Source: Anthoceros angustus
Lineage: Eukaryota; Plantae; Anthocerotophyta
Assembly (NCBI GenBank): GCA_010909165.1
Contig: MU008176.1
Coordinates: 488,856-552,855, forward strand
DNA: 64,000 bases
Direction: 5' to 3'
Shown: positions 36,047 through 48,155 of the stretch, one piece after another
How the letters are laid out: each line of letters begins with the position of its first letter
How positions within the stretch are numbered: the stretch's first letter is position 1
The notes under the pieces: model-generated
Told to the model about the DNA's origin: nothing
The model's database searches: none
Seen by the model: the letters and a program-made list of their open reading frames with translations, nothing else
Program-made: the position numbers and the translations under genes

Positions 36047-39000
36047 CTACTTCTCGATGCCCTGTTGAAGGTACTGAATCAGATCATAGCCTGCAGTGCT
36101 CCATTTATTATAGGCATCTGCACACGTCTTCATCATGAAATTTGCTGCCTCCCTCTCACTCATCTCTGGATGGAAACGCTTCCTCAGGTTGCCAATAGGA
36201 TCTCCCCGGCTGAAGCAGGGCAGCCCACTATCCACCATCAACAACACAGTGTTGATAATTCCATCCATGTGCTGCCTTGCAGCCAAGTACCCCTTCACGC
36301 AGAGACTCACAAAAAGATTCCACGTCTCACTCTTCATAACACCGGACGGGTCCAAGAGTTGTGTCATTTCATGACTCAACTTGAAATGGGCGTTCTCAAA
36401 CCGAAGGTTCCCTCCAGGAGAGGTCTCCAAAATAAAACCAAAATCAATGTGCACCAATCTGCCGTCTTTGTCAAACAGAAGGTTGCCATTGTGCCGGTCC
36501 TTCGGTTGGAGGAGAAGACTTGCAACCGCATATCCAGCACTGCTAACAATAAAATTTTCTCGAGCTGCCTCGAAGGCTGGGGACCCAACTGGTCCATACT
36601 CTTGTAAGAAAATCTCATAGAGTCCACCATCAGTGATTTCACCCATTTGATTCCGGCTACGGGTGTTGGGGACCACCTCAATAATCCCCCTCCCAAAACC
36701 AGTAGGAAGGACTCCATAAGGGAAGAGGTAAAGGTTTAGTCCTACAGCTTGGAAGATGTCCTTGAGAAGAGAAATAACCTGCAGAGCGAGCACATCCTGC
36801 CTGCAATCATCTCCTACTTTAAAAATACATGCCTGCAACTTAATGTCGTCTGGATCCCCACCTTTGTCAACCACATCAAATGTGATCATGATTGGCACCT
36901 TAGCAGCTGATTGCAAAGGAATACCGCTGCCTAATTCAATGCCCCGGACCAGTTTATTTGGAGCTGTTGGGAGATAAAGATCGTCACCCTCAACTTCAAT
37001 CTTCTCTAGCTCCCTCCGGATGCCTTCCCTGCGTTCCTCCTTTGGTAGAGGGTATAAAATTCCAGAGATCGATGTCACCCTATCAAAAAATCTAAACTCC
37101 CGAATAAAAACATCATGTGCTTCAGGGGTGAAGCTTTCTACAACTCTGCTCCGTACTCTTGGTACCAGATCATAGAGAGTGTTTCCTTTCCCAGCAGAGG
37201 CCTCCTTCCCTGGTTCATCAGCTGGAGGTGGTTCCTCACCTTGAAGTTGCCAGATCAGTCTATGCGCAAAAAGATTGCTTTTCTGTGCAGCAACCATCAA
37301 GTACCCCTCCACCAGACCCAAGGCATCATACCTCAGAGACTGCACAAGCTGAGGCATGAAGAAGGTGACCCTCTCCGGAGGATATGATTCCATGACACGC
37401 AGAACATAGGCCATGACTCGAGGATGACCTTTGTAGGCTGGAGTGAGAAACTCAAGTGCATGAGTAATTGAGCATGGAGCCCAATGTGGGAGCCACTGCA
37501 ATAACGGAGAATCTTCTTCGACAGCCTTAGGAGTGACAAAATACGGAAGTGCTTCAGGCACTTCTACCAAATCTGGTATATGAGCCTGCACCAGGGACAT
37601 GATTTCAGACCTTAGGGCTGAAACGCCTGGAAATCTGGTGACAAGTGATAGAGCCACAAGGGGATCCACGGACCAAGCAGTCTTCAGGTACTCAATCCAG
37701 CGCTCTGTCCCAAAGCGCAACCTTTGAACTCCACCTTCCTTAAGAGGATTCGCCCAGGTGTCTAGCCTCTCAGCTTCATGCTGGCAAAGCATTAGCAACA
37801 GCTGCTTTATCTTCTCTCTCCCCACATTATCTACATCTACATTACCCCAGACAGGGTGCTCACCATCTGATTGACTGGGCGAACTGCCTACTACTGCAAG
37901 CTGGCCATATTCCGGGACCCGCAGAGGTTTTGAAGCTACATCTATACGTGTCTGACTGTCCAGCCTCTCTGACAAATGTTGCACAAATACTGCCACCGCC
38001 TGTGCCTCAGATAGAGCCATGCCCTCCACGTTTGTCTCACTCCATGCTGGCGCCACAGAGAACCAGTGCATGGCAGCCCTGTAAACACGATCTTCCAGCA
38101 AACTTAAACCTGTCACACCCATGTGCGTGTTTCCCTCCAGCTGGAAAACACAATACTTGAGCCCTAACAGCATTAGTGTGAAGAAAGCCCCGCCCGCTGC
38201 AGGGTGGGTACATAGACGTTCAGGATACTTCACAGAACCTTCAATCAACTTCCCCAACAAAAGCAGCTGATTGCTGCAGCTGTACTTTACAACCTCAAAC
38301 CGGTCGAGCAAGAAGCCCAACCACACGCGATGGGCTGTGATTCCAGGAAGAACATTCACATCTTCCTCCACAGGCTCGCCAGGCTTCAATTGAGGTCTCA
38401 ATTTAACTGCCGGCCCTGAACAACTATGTCCTGAAGCAAAGAGACCCCAGCCAGAGTCAACCGTCCATAGCCAGGCATCCACCAGCTCTGCAAGCACAAA
38501 GGATCGTAGGTGAGGCGCAGCAGACAGTATCCAGGTCCAGACAAACACCCCCGTCTCCAATGCCCCAGGGAGAAAGATATGGACAGGGCACCAACACAAC
38601 AGTCTAAGCAGCTGGGAAAATGCTTCCGAATTCTTGCTTGCTGAGACATCTGTGTCAGAGAGCAACAATGCAGCTGCTCTTAAACATTGTTCTCGGAAAT
38701 CCGCCGTATCCACATCGGATCTCCTGTGTGCATCCGTCACAAAATGTTGCAATAACTTCAGAAACCTGGCTATAAGCAGCTTGTTCAAAGACGTGTTGTC
38801 AATCTGCGCTTGGCTAACTGCATCCTTCGGAGATTGGTAGCTGATGAGGCCATTCCCAGCCCAAAGTCCTGAAGGTTTATCACCACCTTGACCTTGAATG
38901 TTCAAACCACTAATGCAATATAACCCTTTCATGCCTGCAATCTCACCTGTATATTTTGATTTGACAGTTGCACTGACAATGCCAGTGGAGAGAACTTCCA

Positions 39001-42000
39001 AGTTCCCTAATTCTGCCACTCTTGGGTTAGCCCCAGCGGCTGAAGCTGCTGCTGCAATTACTGCTGGAATTGTCACTGAGTTGCCACTGCCTGGAACACC
39101 AGTCTTCAACGGAAGCCTGATGTCAGAAAGGAGAGACAGAAGATCACCTGTATGAGAAACTTTTTCCCACGTATTTAACTTTCGGAATTGCTCCTGCAAC
39201 AGTCCTTGAGTGGTCGAAGGGGCCAGATACAGTGCAGAAGTAATCCAATCACGAACCCTTTGCTGCGACAGGTTTCTAGCAGCAAGGAGGGACCCAGGAT
39301 CAGAGGTTAGAGCAGGAGGCGAGTGATCAGCGACCACATGCATCAGCGCATCTAAGCACAGGGGATTCCACAAAAGTGATGGAAACGTAGACCTCAGCTG
39401 ACCAAGAAGACTGTCAGACAGGTCCCTTACAATGTCCTTCTGGTGCACTACATTCTTTATGAGATAACAGGCATGAGCAGCCAGAATGGCCTCCCTCTGC
39501 TCAGTTTCCTGCCCAGTAACCAATACCTTTTCCCCAAGCCATGTCAAAGCGCCTTCAAAAGCCCGGTGGGCAGTTGCAATCAGGCATTGATATACAGCAG
39601 GCATGAGGTCTGGGGTTCCCAGATACTGAAAAATGCAGCTGAGTGCACTTCTGTAGCCCTCATCTGGTGAGCTCCTCTTGAGCACACCGCCTTGATGGCT
39701 AAAGCGCAACACTTCCAGAAAAGCAACTGCAAGAAGATACGTGGCTTTCACACCGGAAATGGTGCCCAAAGACGCAATATCCACCCGCCCCCCTAAAGCT
39801 GCAGATAGGGCTGACCTTTGGGCAACTGCGGCCTTCTCATTATTACTTCCCCGACGACTGCCAGGATTGTGCAGGGCATTAAGCTCAATCTCATCTTCCA
39901 GCCACATGACAGAGCTTACCACAAGGGGCGGCGTCCCTTCTGCAATCTGCTGAACAGCAGCTGCCCACTGCGGACTCCAAGGGTAAGGTCCTGATATAGC
40001 TTGCACTGGCAAGACGCTCACACTTCCTTGGCTACTCTGGCTGCCCCTGCTCACTCCAACTGACTTCACTGATGCTTGCATCTTCTGGATGGGAGGAGCC
40101 AAGCCAAACAGAACAATGTAGAACCAGAGGTTCCTGAAAAGCTTCAGCATGCGTGAATCAATCTCCTGAAATGATACGATATCGGAACAAACTTCTGCCA
40201 CAGCTGGAAGAAGTGGCCCCAGCAAATCTGCGCCACTCCTGCCAACCTTGGCCTCGGCAACTAGACCAACATCAGAAAATAAATGCAACAAACGATGCCT
40301 GTAGTCCGCCCGAAGCCTTGGTTCCTTAAGATCCCTTGCTATCTGCTGAAACGCACTAGGGAGGGTCTCCACACGTTCCGTTGTGCCCTCAGGAGCCAGC
40401 GTACGACTATGTGCGGAGCCAACAGTGTTCAGCTTTTGAAAGTAACTCCTCACCAGAAGATTCACAACATCCTTGTAGGACTTCTCCCATCCAAGACTCG
40501 CCATGCGCGCCACAGCCTCCAGCAATCTGAGCCGCAACTTGCTGGGAGCTGAAGCATCTCCTTCCTCCAGACTCTCAAGAAGCAACGGCAACATCATATC
40601 CACAGCTTCAGCCTTGTTCAGCATAGTTGCCAAATCAGCCAGTAGAGGAATGATGTTGAGCTGCATCACTGCAACCAACAACTTCTCCTTCTCATCTTGT
40701 TCAACTGCCTCCCGAATGTAGGCAGCCAACGACAGTAGGAATGATTCAATAGAAGGCCTATCAGATTTCCACCCGCATTCAATAAGCTTGCAGCTGGTCC
40801 TCACAACGCTAACAAAAACTTGACCTTGACTCGCCTCCCACGTGTCAGCTTGAGCACAGGTAGAAAGAGCCAGCGTTTTAATCCGTAACAGAATTCTAGA
40901 GACCTGAGTTCTGTCAGTTGCTGCAATCTCAGCCACACCTACTAAAAGCTTGTCAAAGAGTTGCTCACATTGATTTAACTTTCGCCATAAAGATCCAACA
41001 CATGCATCAGCAGCATCCAGGAGCAGCGAGAGAGTCTCGCGTAGAGCACTCCTTGACACTTTCGCGTCCGATGTAGAAAGCAAAGTACAATTCGTGAGTA
41101 CCAACGCAGCTGCTTGACAAGCTTGCAATTTCAGGTTCATCTTCATCTTCAGTCCCACACCATCCACAGGCCAATCCCTTTTTCGGATTTTGAGCAAGGG
41201 AATAACAACTTTCAGCTGTTTGGCTGCACCGGCCCTCAACTGCCGTAGTTGAGCTTCGTTCCAGTGCCCATTACCCGACTGGGACTGCCCCAAAAGCTGT
41301 GCCAGAACTCGGAAAGCAACCTGTCGTCTCTCCAGAGACTCCACTGTTTCCTCATCCAGAGCCAGAGTAACATCCGAGGTGGAATCCCTGACAGACAAAC
41401 ACATAGTCAGTTGCTGCTCTTGGGTTTGCCGCCTAATCCCAGTCCCATTCGCCTTCACAGACTTATAGCTCCCCACGTCTTCGGATGAGTCCACATGCCC
41501 GCTCCTCACACTCGCTTCAGCAATGGATGAGGAGACAGGACTGGCCAGGCTGAAATTAGGGATTTGAGCCTCGAAGATCTCATTGTTCACCCACGGTGTG
41601 ACTCCCTCGCTGTGATTCCCATCCTCCCCAAACCTCTTGGACTTGAGGGGACTGGGGGTCCCCGCTGCACCGGCAGGAGATCTGTAACTCTTCCTCCCCG
41701 CAGGCGAGGTTTGAGCTGAAGATCCTGCTGAAGAAGACGAAATGCTCACCCCCTGGCAAGGAAGGATCCAGTGCTCCAGCAAATTGCTGGCCACGCGCTC
41801 TGCATCAGCAGCCTTCAAGGGGGGGCACCGACTGGCCAGTGCTGACAACAACGCCTTGCCTCCCACAGCCTGATGGGCCCCAACAAAAATACTCCCATGC
41901 TTATCGCTGCCGGCCCAGGCGATGACATGAGCCACAGCGCTGCTAACATCCTCGGCCGAGGCCGGGAAAGCCTCCACTATCTTCACAAGGTTGTCCAGCA

Positions 42001-42313
42001 GCTCGGAGAAGAACGCCAGCATATCATCAGAGCTCAAGGACGCGGGCCACGAAGCCTCCCTCCAGTACGACGACGGCATGGCCTCCAGGAACCATAGAAT
42101 ACGCGGCAGCAGCTCCTTGTGCTCCCGCTCCGCCTGCCGGCACGCCAGAAACCTGGCAAGCGCCAGAATGGCATTCAGATTTGCCATGGACAGCCGCAAT
42201 CCCTTCTCCAGAATCCCCGACTGCGGGCACTGCCTCGTGATGACTGCAATGTTCTCACCCGGCACCTCTCCCAACCCGGCCAGCACCTCGCAGAGCTCCG
42301 TGAGCGCACTCAT
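36047..42313 (-). CDS. PI4KA: Phosphatidylinositol 4-kinase alpha, about 2088 aa, single uninterrupted exon
   Basis: Starts MSALTELCEV..RQCP; helical and PH-like regions; kinase motifs IFKVGDDCRQDVLALQ, KDRHNGN and VHIDFGF; ends YDLIQYLQQGIEK. Confidence 0.97.
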   Translation of the reverse strand: MSALTELCEVLAGLGEVPGENIAVITRQCPQSGILEKGLRLSMANLNAILALARFLACRQAEREHKELLPRILWFLEAMPSSYWREASWPASLSSDDMLAFFSELLDNLVKIVEAFPASAEDVSSAVAHVIAWAGSDKHGSIFVGAHQAVGGKALLSALASRCPPLKAADAERVASNLLEHWILPCQGVSISSSSAGSSAQTSPAGRKSYRSPAGAAGTPSPLKSKRFGEDGNHSEGVTPWVNNEIFEAQIPNFSLASPVSSSIAEASVRSGHVDSSEDVGSYKSVKANGTGIRRQTQEQQLTMCLSVRDSTSDVTLALDEETVESLERRQVAFRVLAQLLGQSQSGNGHWNEAQLRQLRAGAAKQLKVVIPLLKIRKRDWPVDGVGLKMKMNLKLQACQAAALVLTNCTLLSTSDAKVSRSALRETLSLLLDAADACVGSLWRKLNQCEQLFDKLLVGVAEIAATDRTQVSRILLRIKTLALSTCAQADTWEASQGQVFVSVVRTSCKLIECGWKSDRPSIESFLLSLAAYIREAVEQDEKEKLLVAVMQLNIIPLLADLATMLNKAEAVDMMLPLLLESLEEGDASAPSKLRLRLLEAVARMASLGWEKSYKDVVNLLVRSYFQKLNTVGSAHSRTLAPEGTTERVETLPSAFQQIARDLKEPRLRADYRHRLLHLFSDVGLVAEAKVGRSGADLLGPLLPAVAEVCSDIVSFQEIDSRMLKLFRNLWFYIVLFGLAPPIQKMQASVKSVGVSRGSQSSQGSVSVLPVQAISGPYPWSPQWAAAVQQIAEGTPPLVVSSVMWLEDEIELNALHNPGSRRGSNNEKAAVAQRSALSAALGGRVDIASLGTISGVKATYLLAVAFLEVLRFSHQGGVLKRSSPDEGYRSALSCIFQYLGTPDLMPAVYQCLIATAHRAFEGALTWLGEKVLVTGQETEQREAILAAHACYLIKNVVHQKDIVRDLSDSLLGQLRSTFPSLLWNPLCLDALMHVVADHSPPALTSDPGSLLAARNLSQQRVRDWITSALYLAPSTTQGLLQEQFRKLNTWEKVSHTGDLLSLLSDIRLPLKTGVPGSGNSVTIPAVIAAAASAAGANPRVAELGNLEVLSTGIVSATVKSKYTGEIAGMKGLYCISGLNIQGQGGDKPSGLWAGNGLISYQSPKDAVSQAQIDNTSLNKLLIARFLKLLQHFVTDAHRRSDVDTADFREQCLRAAALLLSDTDVSASKNSEAFSQLLRLLCWCPVHIFLPGALETGVFVWTWILSAAPHLRSFVLAELVDAWLWTVDSGWGLFASGHSCSGPAVKLRPQLKPGEPVEEDVNVLPGITAHRVWLGFLLDRFEVVKYSCSNQLLLLGKLIEGSVKYPERLCTHPAAGGAFFTLMLLGLKYCVFQLEGNTHMGVTGLSLLEDRVYRAAMHWFSVAPAWSETNVEGMALSEAQAVAVFVQHLSERLDSQTRIDVASKPLRVPEYGQLAVVGSSPSQSDGEHPVWGNVDVDNVGREKIKQLLLMLCQHEAERLDTWANPLKEGGVQRLRFGTERWIEYLKTAWSVDPLVALSLVTRFPGVSALRSEIMSLVQAHIPDLVEVPEALPYFVTPKAVEEDSPLLQWLPHWAPCSITHALEFLTPAYKGHPRVMAYVLRVMESYPPERVTFFMPQLVQSLRYDALGLVEGYLMVAAQKSNLFAHRLIWQLQGEEPPPADEPGKEASAGKGNTLYDLVPRVRSRVVESFTPEAHDVFIREFRFFDRVTSISGILYPLPKEERREGIRRELEKIEVEGDDLYLPTAPNKLVRGIELGSGIPLQSAAKVPIMITFDVVDKGGDPDDIKLQACIFKVGDDCRQDVLALQVISLLKDIFQAVGLNLYLFPYGVLPTGFGRGIIEVVPNTRSRNQMGEITDGGLYEIFLQEYGPVGSPAFEAARENFIVSSAGYAVASLLLQPKDRHNGNLLFDKDGRLVHIDFGFILETSPGGNLRFENAHFKLSHEMTQLLDPSGVMKSETWNLFVSLCVKGYLAARQHMDGIINTVLLMVDSGLPCFSRGDPIGNLRKRFHPEMSEREAANFMMKTCADAYNKWSTAGYDLIQYLQQGIEK

Positions 42314-42510
42314 GGCGACTGTCTTTGTGGGCGGGCCTGGCTTCGCTTCCCCTGGCTTCACAGCACCACCACGTTCCCAGTCATGCTCCAGCTGCCAGTG
42401 CACGGATTCCTGGGTCCTGCAAGCCAGCCGAGCACCGCAGCAGCAATCCAATCCGCGAGCAGGCCGGTGATGGGCAGGTTACATCACACAGCAGACAGAG
42501 AGCCGCAGCA

Positions 42511-42552
42511 GGCAAAGGCAAAGGCAAAGGCAAAGGCAAAGGCAAAGGCAAA
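42511..42552. repeat. (GGCAAA)7 microsatellite upstream of PI4KA
   Basis: Seen directly. Confidence 0.95.
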
Positions 42553-43184
42553 CGCAGTGCCCGCTGGCGAGCCTGCAACGCCACAGATCCCAGCTCCCTG
42601 CCGCCTCCTCCAGGCGAGCACATGCGCACGAGACATGGCGCGAGGCTGCTGCGGCCAGATCCACACAGGGGCACGCGACGAGACCGCAAGCCGAGTCAAG
42701 CGGGAAGCCATGCCCGGATGCCGGAGCGAGCCGGCTGTCACCTCCCGGTGTGGGTGGTCCACTCCATGCTCCTCCCGATTTAACATATCTTATACATGCA
42801 GGCGAGCTGCTCCTGTGAGACCGGCCTGCAGGCCCTTTCTTTTTCTTTCATACGCAGACGCGGCCAGCTCCGCCTTCTCCTCTCTCCTGCAGGCTCCAGC
42901 CCAGCGGGATCCTATGTTTAGACTTGACCCACTTCCGGTTTGATGCGGCCTGGCCCAGCGCTGCTGGGTCGTGCCACTTCTTGGGTCTGGTGACTTGTCC
43001 TCGCATCTCGGTTCTCTGCGTTCCAGCCTCCAATGCGGCCTCCAGATTGTCTCCAGCGAGGTGCCGGGAGGTGGGTGCTTCAATGCCGGTGATGGCTGCT
43101 TCAATGCCGGTGGTGGGTGGCTCGGAGGGCGGGATGTGGGTTTGAGGTAGGGGATCGAGGTCGTCTGCCCACCGGGGTGAAGAG

Positions 43185-46100
43185 ATGCAGAATCCCAACA
43201 GCTCTGTGCCGCAGGCGGAGGCAATTCTGCAATGGCTGCAGCAGGAGATGGGTTGCACCTTGTCGCAGGCTCAGAAGGCGGGGGCGGGGGACAGGGGGCT
43301 GCCGTCCCCGGATGTGCTGCGCAAAATTTGCCGAGGGAACATGATTCCCGTGTGGAACTTCTTCCTGGACAGGGTGAAGTCGGAGAAGACCGTGGAGAGG
43401 GTGCGGAAGAACATCCATGTGCACGGGACGCTGGGGCATATGTCTCAGGCGCGGCAGGCTGTGGCTGACGACAAGACGCCGGTGCGGCGGAAGGTGCAGG
43501 ACGGGAAGGCGGGGGAGCGGCTGCTGGGGAGGTCTGGGAGCAGCAAGTGGCTGGATGGGAAGGGGAGAGGGCGGGGCAGAGAGGCGAGTAAGGAGGTGAG
43601 GGAGGTGAAGGCTGATAGATCTGACGTGGGAGACACCAGGGAGGTGGCTCTGCGGGAAAGGGAGCTTGCGGAGCGGGAGCTGGGGAAGCAGCGGCAGCTG
43701 TTGGAGAGGCTGATGAAAGATGCCAAGGCAAGAATGCTGGACTTGACGAGGGAGGAGACTGACAGGCAGAGGATTTTGGATGACAAGTTCAGCTCCAGGT
43801 ATGGTTGCCCGGGGTTGGGTTTTCTGGTCTGGGAGGGGAGGGGTGAAGGATGTGGAGCACTTACGTTGTTGTGTTTGGGTTTGTGTAGGCATAAGCAGAT
43901 CTTGCTTGAGGGGTATGATATGCGATGCGAGGAGGTGGTGCAAATACTGGGAGAGTATCTTCGGCGACTGAATCCTTTTGTGGAGCATGCACACGAGATG
44001 CAGAGAGGCAATGCAGGACTCGCGGACCCAGCTGCAGATTCTGTGCGTGCATTGCTTGAGCAGGAGGGTGGATATGGGGCAGCAGCGGTGAAGAGTGTCA
44101 GGCAGTCAGATGATCACATATTCCTGGAAACTGTGCATGAACGGGCCATTAGGAGGGCTTGTGAAGCCATAGCTGCGAATATGCTGGAAAGAATCAGGAC
44201 TACGGTTACGGCATATGAGGGAGAAGGAAGCCAGGGCGATCCACAACCGGATCTCTCTGTGGCAGGGTTTGAGAAGGAATTGGGTCCTGCGCTGGAGCTG
44301 TCCAGAGAGGCTTCCATGAGCTTGCTCAAGAGCCCCCAAACTCTGCTGAAAGCATTGTCGCAGTACACGGCTCGAGTGGTCAATCTTGTCGACTGCGAAG
44401 CTGAGAAGTTGGACGTTGGAGCTGATGCAGACCAGTTCAGGTTCTTTCTGCATGCCATGCAGACTCCACTTGCTTGCTGCACTCCATGAGGATTTTTACC
44501 TATCGAGTACCAGTCATGGCTAGGAACTGAAGGAGGTTTGCGTTATGTTTTGCAGAGATGGGCGTACGTCGGATGACACATCCGGTGGTACAGAAGAGAG
44601 TATATTCGCTGTTCAATCTCGTCTGAAGTCTAGCTCTAAGAATGCTCTTGACTCGACAAGCAGAAGCACAAGCAGGCAGCTCCGAGAAAGGCAGGTGATC
44701 AGGATGGAATATGCAGCACAGAGTTCGTGTCTTGGACACTTTGTGATGGTGGTTTGTTGAACTGACCAAAACTCTGACCGTTCCCTTTCAGAAAGCTCAT
44801 GTGCGGCAGTTTATTGCAACCGAGGAGGTGCTGAATAGACTGGCTGTAGCAAAGGCAGACATGGATCTGGTGGTGAAAGAACTGAATACGGTCATCATGG
44901 ATGGAAATGCTTCTCAGCTATCCAACGGAAAAGATCCCCATCACACATCTGTTGACTCGCGGCAATCGGAGGTGACTCCACCTTAACTGCGGCATCGGCA
45001 GTAGAGAAAAGATCGCAGTATAATCGATGATGATGACACTGGGTTGCTCTCACTTTTGTCCTGTCCACAGATCGAACTTTTGGCAAAGGAACGGGAGGTT
45101 GCAGGTGTGAAGGCAAGTGTCAGCACGTTGCTTTCTGAGGTGCAGCGTTTGAAGAAAAAATGTGAAGAACGGACTGAGGCAGAAGAGATCCTACGCCAAA
45201 AGTGGAAGAAGATTGAGGAGTTTGATGCACGCCGCTTGGAACTGGAGGCAGTATATTCCTTTTTCATTCGGGCCAACATGGTGAATTCTCGATGTCCTAT
45301 CCAGGAACCTAGTTCATTTTTCCTCATTGTTGGTCTACGGCTTACAATCGTCCAGTCCATGGCAGGCAGCATGGGCTTCTTGGGAGCACCATCCGAAATC
45401 TGCCCGTGAACAAGCATCAAGCACGATACTTCCAATTTGCATGACTTTACAGAGGAAACTTTCTGGAACTCGCGACCTTATCGAAGCTGAAGTGGGACAT
45501 TTCAAGCGAGTGCCTGAGAGTCGAGTTTGTGCGTTGCCAGTACACGAGCAAGTATGTTTTAATCTGCTTGCGTATGGTTTGTTGTGTATCTCAATCCTGG
45601 ACTGGCGTTGTGAGATGTTGTGTTGAGGTTTCAACCAGCATTTTTCATGAATCCTGAGGTTAATGTGGCAGGCTCTATCGGACTACATGAGAGGAACTGT
45701 TATCGGAGGGACTGAAGCAGCTGAAGCAGGACATAAAAGTGCTGCTCTTCTTGCGGCACGAGTTGGTGCGGGAGATCCATCTGCAATACCATCTATCTGT
45801 AGGATTTCAGCAGCCCTCCGGACGTTTGCAGGTACAACCTCGCACTCTACTGTCTCATGTTTCCTGGTCTCTTCGGCAGATTAATGTTAATTGTTGAATG
45901 CAGGCTCCGAGGTCTCAGATGCAGGTCTAGCGACCGTGGTGGAGTCGGTGCGCGTGTTTCTCCAAGCAGGTGCGCAGTCAGCCAATCTCTTGGAAGACCT
46001 TGCACGGTCAGTTTTCCGGGTGCAGATGCTGCAAGACATCGCGGGCAGCGGGCGAGCTGTGCTGGCATCTGCAAACTCCACCAAGCCAGAGTATGAGAGG

Positions 46101-46522
46101 TCTGTTGTTATCATCGCTCATGTTGGAACGTGTTGCTGCTCCCCCTTATTCCAAATGTCTGGAACCTCATTGCCTCACGTGTGAGCAGGACGTCGGCTGC
46201 ATGCATTGCAACGGCTCGGAAGCAGGACAAAACAACTGCAGAGTGGCTGGCCGAGCTCAAGACTGCGGTGCAGGACGCCCTGTCGTCCCTCAACGACTGC
46301 AAGCAAGTCAGAGGACTGGTGAGCCCCTTCATCCTGCACACCTCTATCTTCACCTTCCTGAAGTACTTATGGGTGCTTTCGACCTTTCAGGTTGATGAAT
46401 GGTGGGAGCAGCCTGCCTCCACTGCAGTGGACTGGGTCACTGTTGATGGCCAGAACATTGTTTCATGGCTTGCTCATGTCAAGCAACTCCAGACCGCTTT
46501 TTACGAAAAACAGCTTTCTTAG
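43185..46522 (+). CDS. AUG5: Augmin subunit 5 (HAUS5), about 10 exons
   Basis: [83 protein letters not shown]; GT-AG introns in phase. Confidence 0.93.
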
Positions 46523-46592
46523 ATCATCTTTGAGCACGCCATTGTGCCGTGTACAAAAATCGCAGCTACAAAGGGCACATCCTCCGCGTAGG

Positions 46593-47934
46593 CTAGGCTT
46601 CCAGTGCCTGCTGCTGCTTCCGCCTCCACAGGTCCTCGAGGTTGTAATATTTTCGGGCGTCCTCCTCGAAAATGTGCACCACAATACTCCCTGGTAAGAT
46701 TTGCGTGAACATTGACGTAAGAAAACGCAGCATCATCGGGACCCATAAAAAACAAGGAGGGGAGGAAGCCTACCGCAGTCCACAACCATCCACCTTTCAC
46801 TATCGCGTCCTTCCACAGTTGGATAAAGATTCGAACCAACGTTTTGCGAACGACGCTTGACCTGCACAATCGGGTCAACAGGGTCAAGGTTTGTGGTGCG
46901 AGGGAAGGGACGAAGCTTGCTTCCGAACAGAACACAACCAACATACCTGATATACAAGGGCATCGGCAATCCCACGGAGATGCTTGTCCGACCTTCCAGT
47001 AACGAAGACCAAGTGATCGGCCCACTCGCAGAGATCGCGCACCGACAAGACTTCAACGTCCTTGGCTCTCAGCTTTTCCATGATGTGAAGAATTTCGTCC
47101 ACCGTCAGAATGTGGAGATACCGGCGACCCTCAGGATCGGAGCGTGGTTCCGTGAGCTCTAATTCCTGCATGAAGCCTGCAACCAATTAGGCAGGCAGGC
47201 AGGTAAGGAGGCATCCAGAATTCTTCTCATTTGCAGTTGTTACTCGAGGCTGCAGAAGAAGAACCACTTACCACTTGCTCGGCATTCTCTTGTGCTAACT
47301 GTAAGCTGTAGGAGAACGTCTCGGCCTTGGGACGCTTCTCCCATTGCACACTTGTGGCGTAGGTGGTCAAAACAGGAGGCACCGCATCCGTATCCGCATC
47401 CTGGGCACTGCCATCTTCAGTGTCGTCATCGGAACAACTGACCACTTCGATGTACTCGATTTCAGCATCTTGGATTTCATCCAGAAAATCCACCTCGGCT
47501 TCGTCGTTCTCAGAGGCATCACTTTCGGAAAAATCCACGCTTTCACCTGCTGCAGCATCAGACTCGCTGTCCATTCCTGGATCTGCCTCTCCCACAAGCT
47601 CCGGAGCGCCATCAACTGTTCTCTCCTCTGCGCTCCTCGCAGTGTCACTGAATGCGGCGCCCGGTATCAAATTCCACCTTGGACGATACAACAATTTGGC
47701 CCTGTAAACCTCCAGTTCCCATCTTCCTCCCCAGGCATCACAAACCCTGCTGCCAGCGTAATCCTCCAGCTGAGGATACTTGGCAGCTGTAGTGGGTTCC
47801 ACCATCCGGGCATGATCCTCTAACCAAGGGGACTCTTGACCAAAAATCGTTGCCGCAAATGAAGCAACACGGGTCCGCCAATGCAAACGATTCAAGCCTG
47901 ATTTATCGAGATACCGCAAGCACGGAGGAGGCAT
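46593..47934 (-). CDS. Iojap/RsfS (ribosome silencing factor / MALSU1-like) organellar protein with long acidic N-terminal region; exons 47934-47272, 47165-46947, 46861-46774, and a last exon ending at 46593
   Basis: LCEWADHLVFVTGRSDKHLRGIADAL, EGRDSERWMVVDCG|SIVVHIFEEDARKYYNLEDLW. Confidence 0.88.
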
Positions 47935-48155
47935 TGCTAGCAAGCCAGATGAAAACACACTGCTAGCTATTCCTGGTCTGAAACCTGATGCTTAAACCCT
48001 TATACTGACCCGAGCCAAAGCCCTAGCCCTACTGTCGAAGAACAAGTATGCACCTTGCTGTCCAGTGGAAATCCTGTCGAACGCTGATTTCACGAATCGC
48101 GTGGCTTGCGGAATTTTCAGCCTGGCCGTTTCATCTTGCTGTGCAGCAGGTCGGC
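47935..48155. promoter_or_regulatory. Candidate bidirectional promoter between Iojap-like and TRM1
   Basis: Only 221 bp between divergent ATGs; telo-box-like words (aaaccct, agccctagcccta). Confidence 0.45.

Noticed and set aside
42314-42451. 46-codon N-terminal extension of PI4KA from the ORF track (non-ATG start)
   Set aside because: Family homology begins at MSALTELC (ATG at 42313)
42790-43731. 313-aa Pro-rich minus-strand ORF (and 43101-43994)
   Set aside because: Antisense to AUG5 exon 1 and its GC-rich promoter; low-complexity shadow
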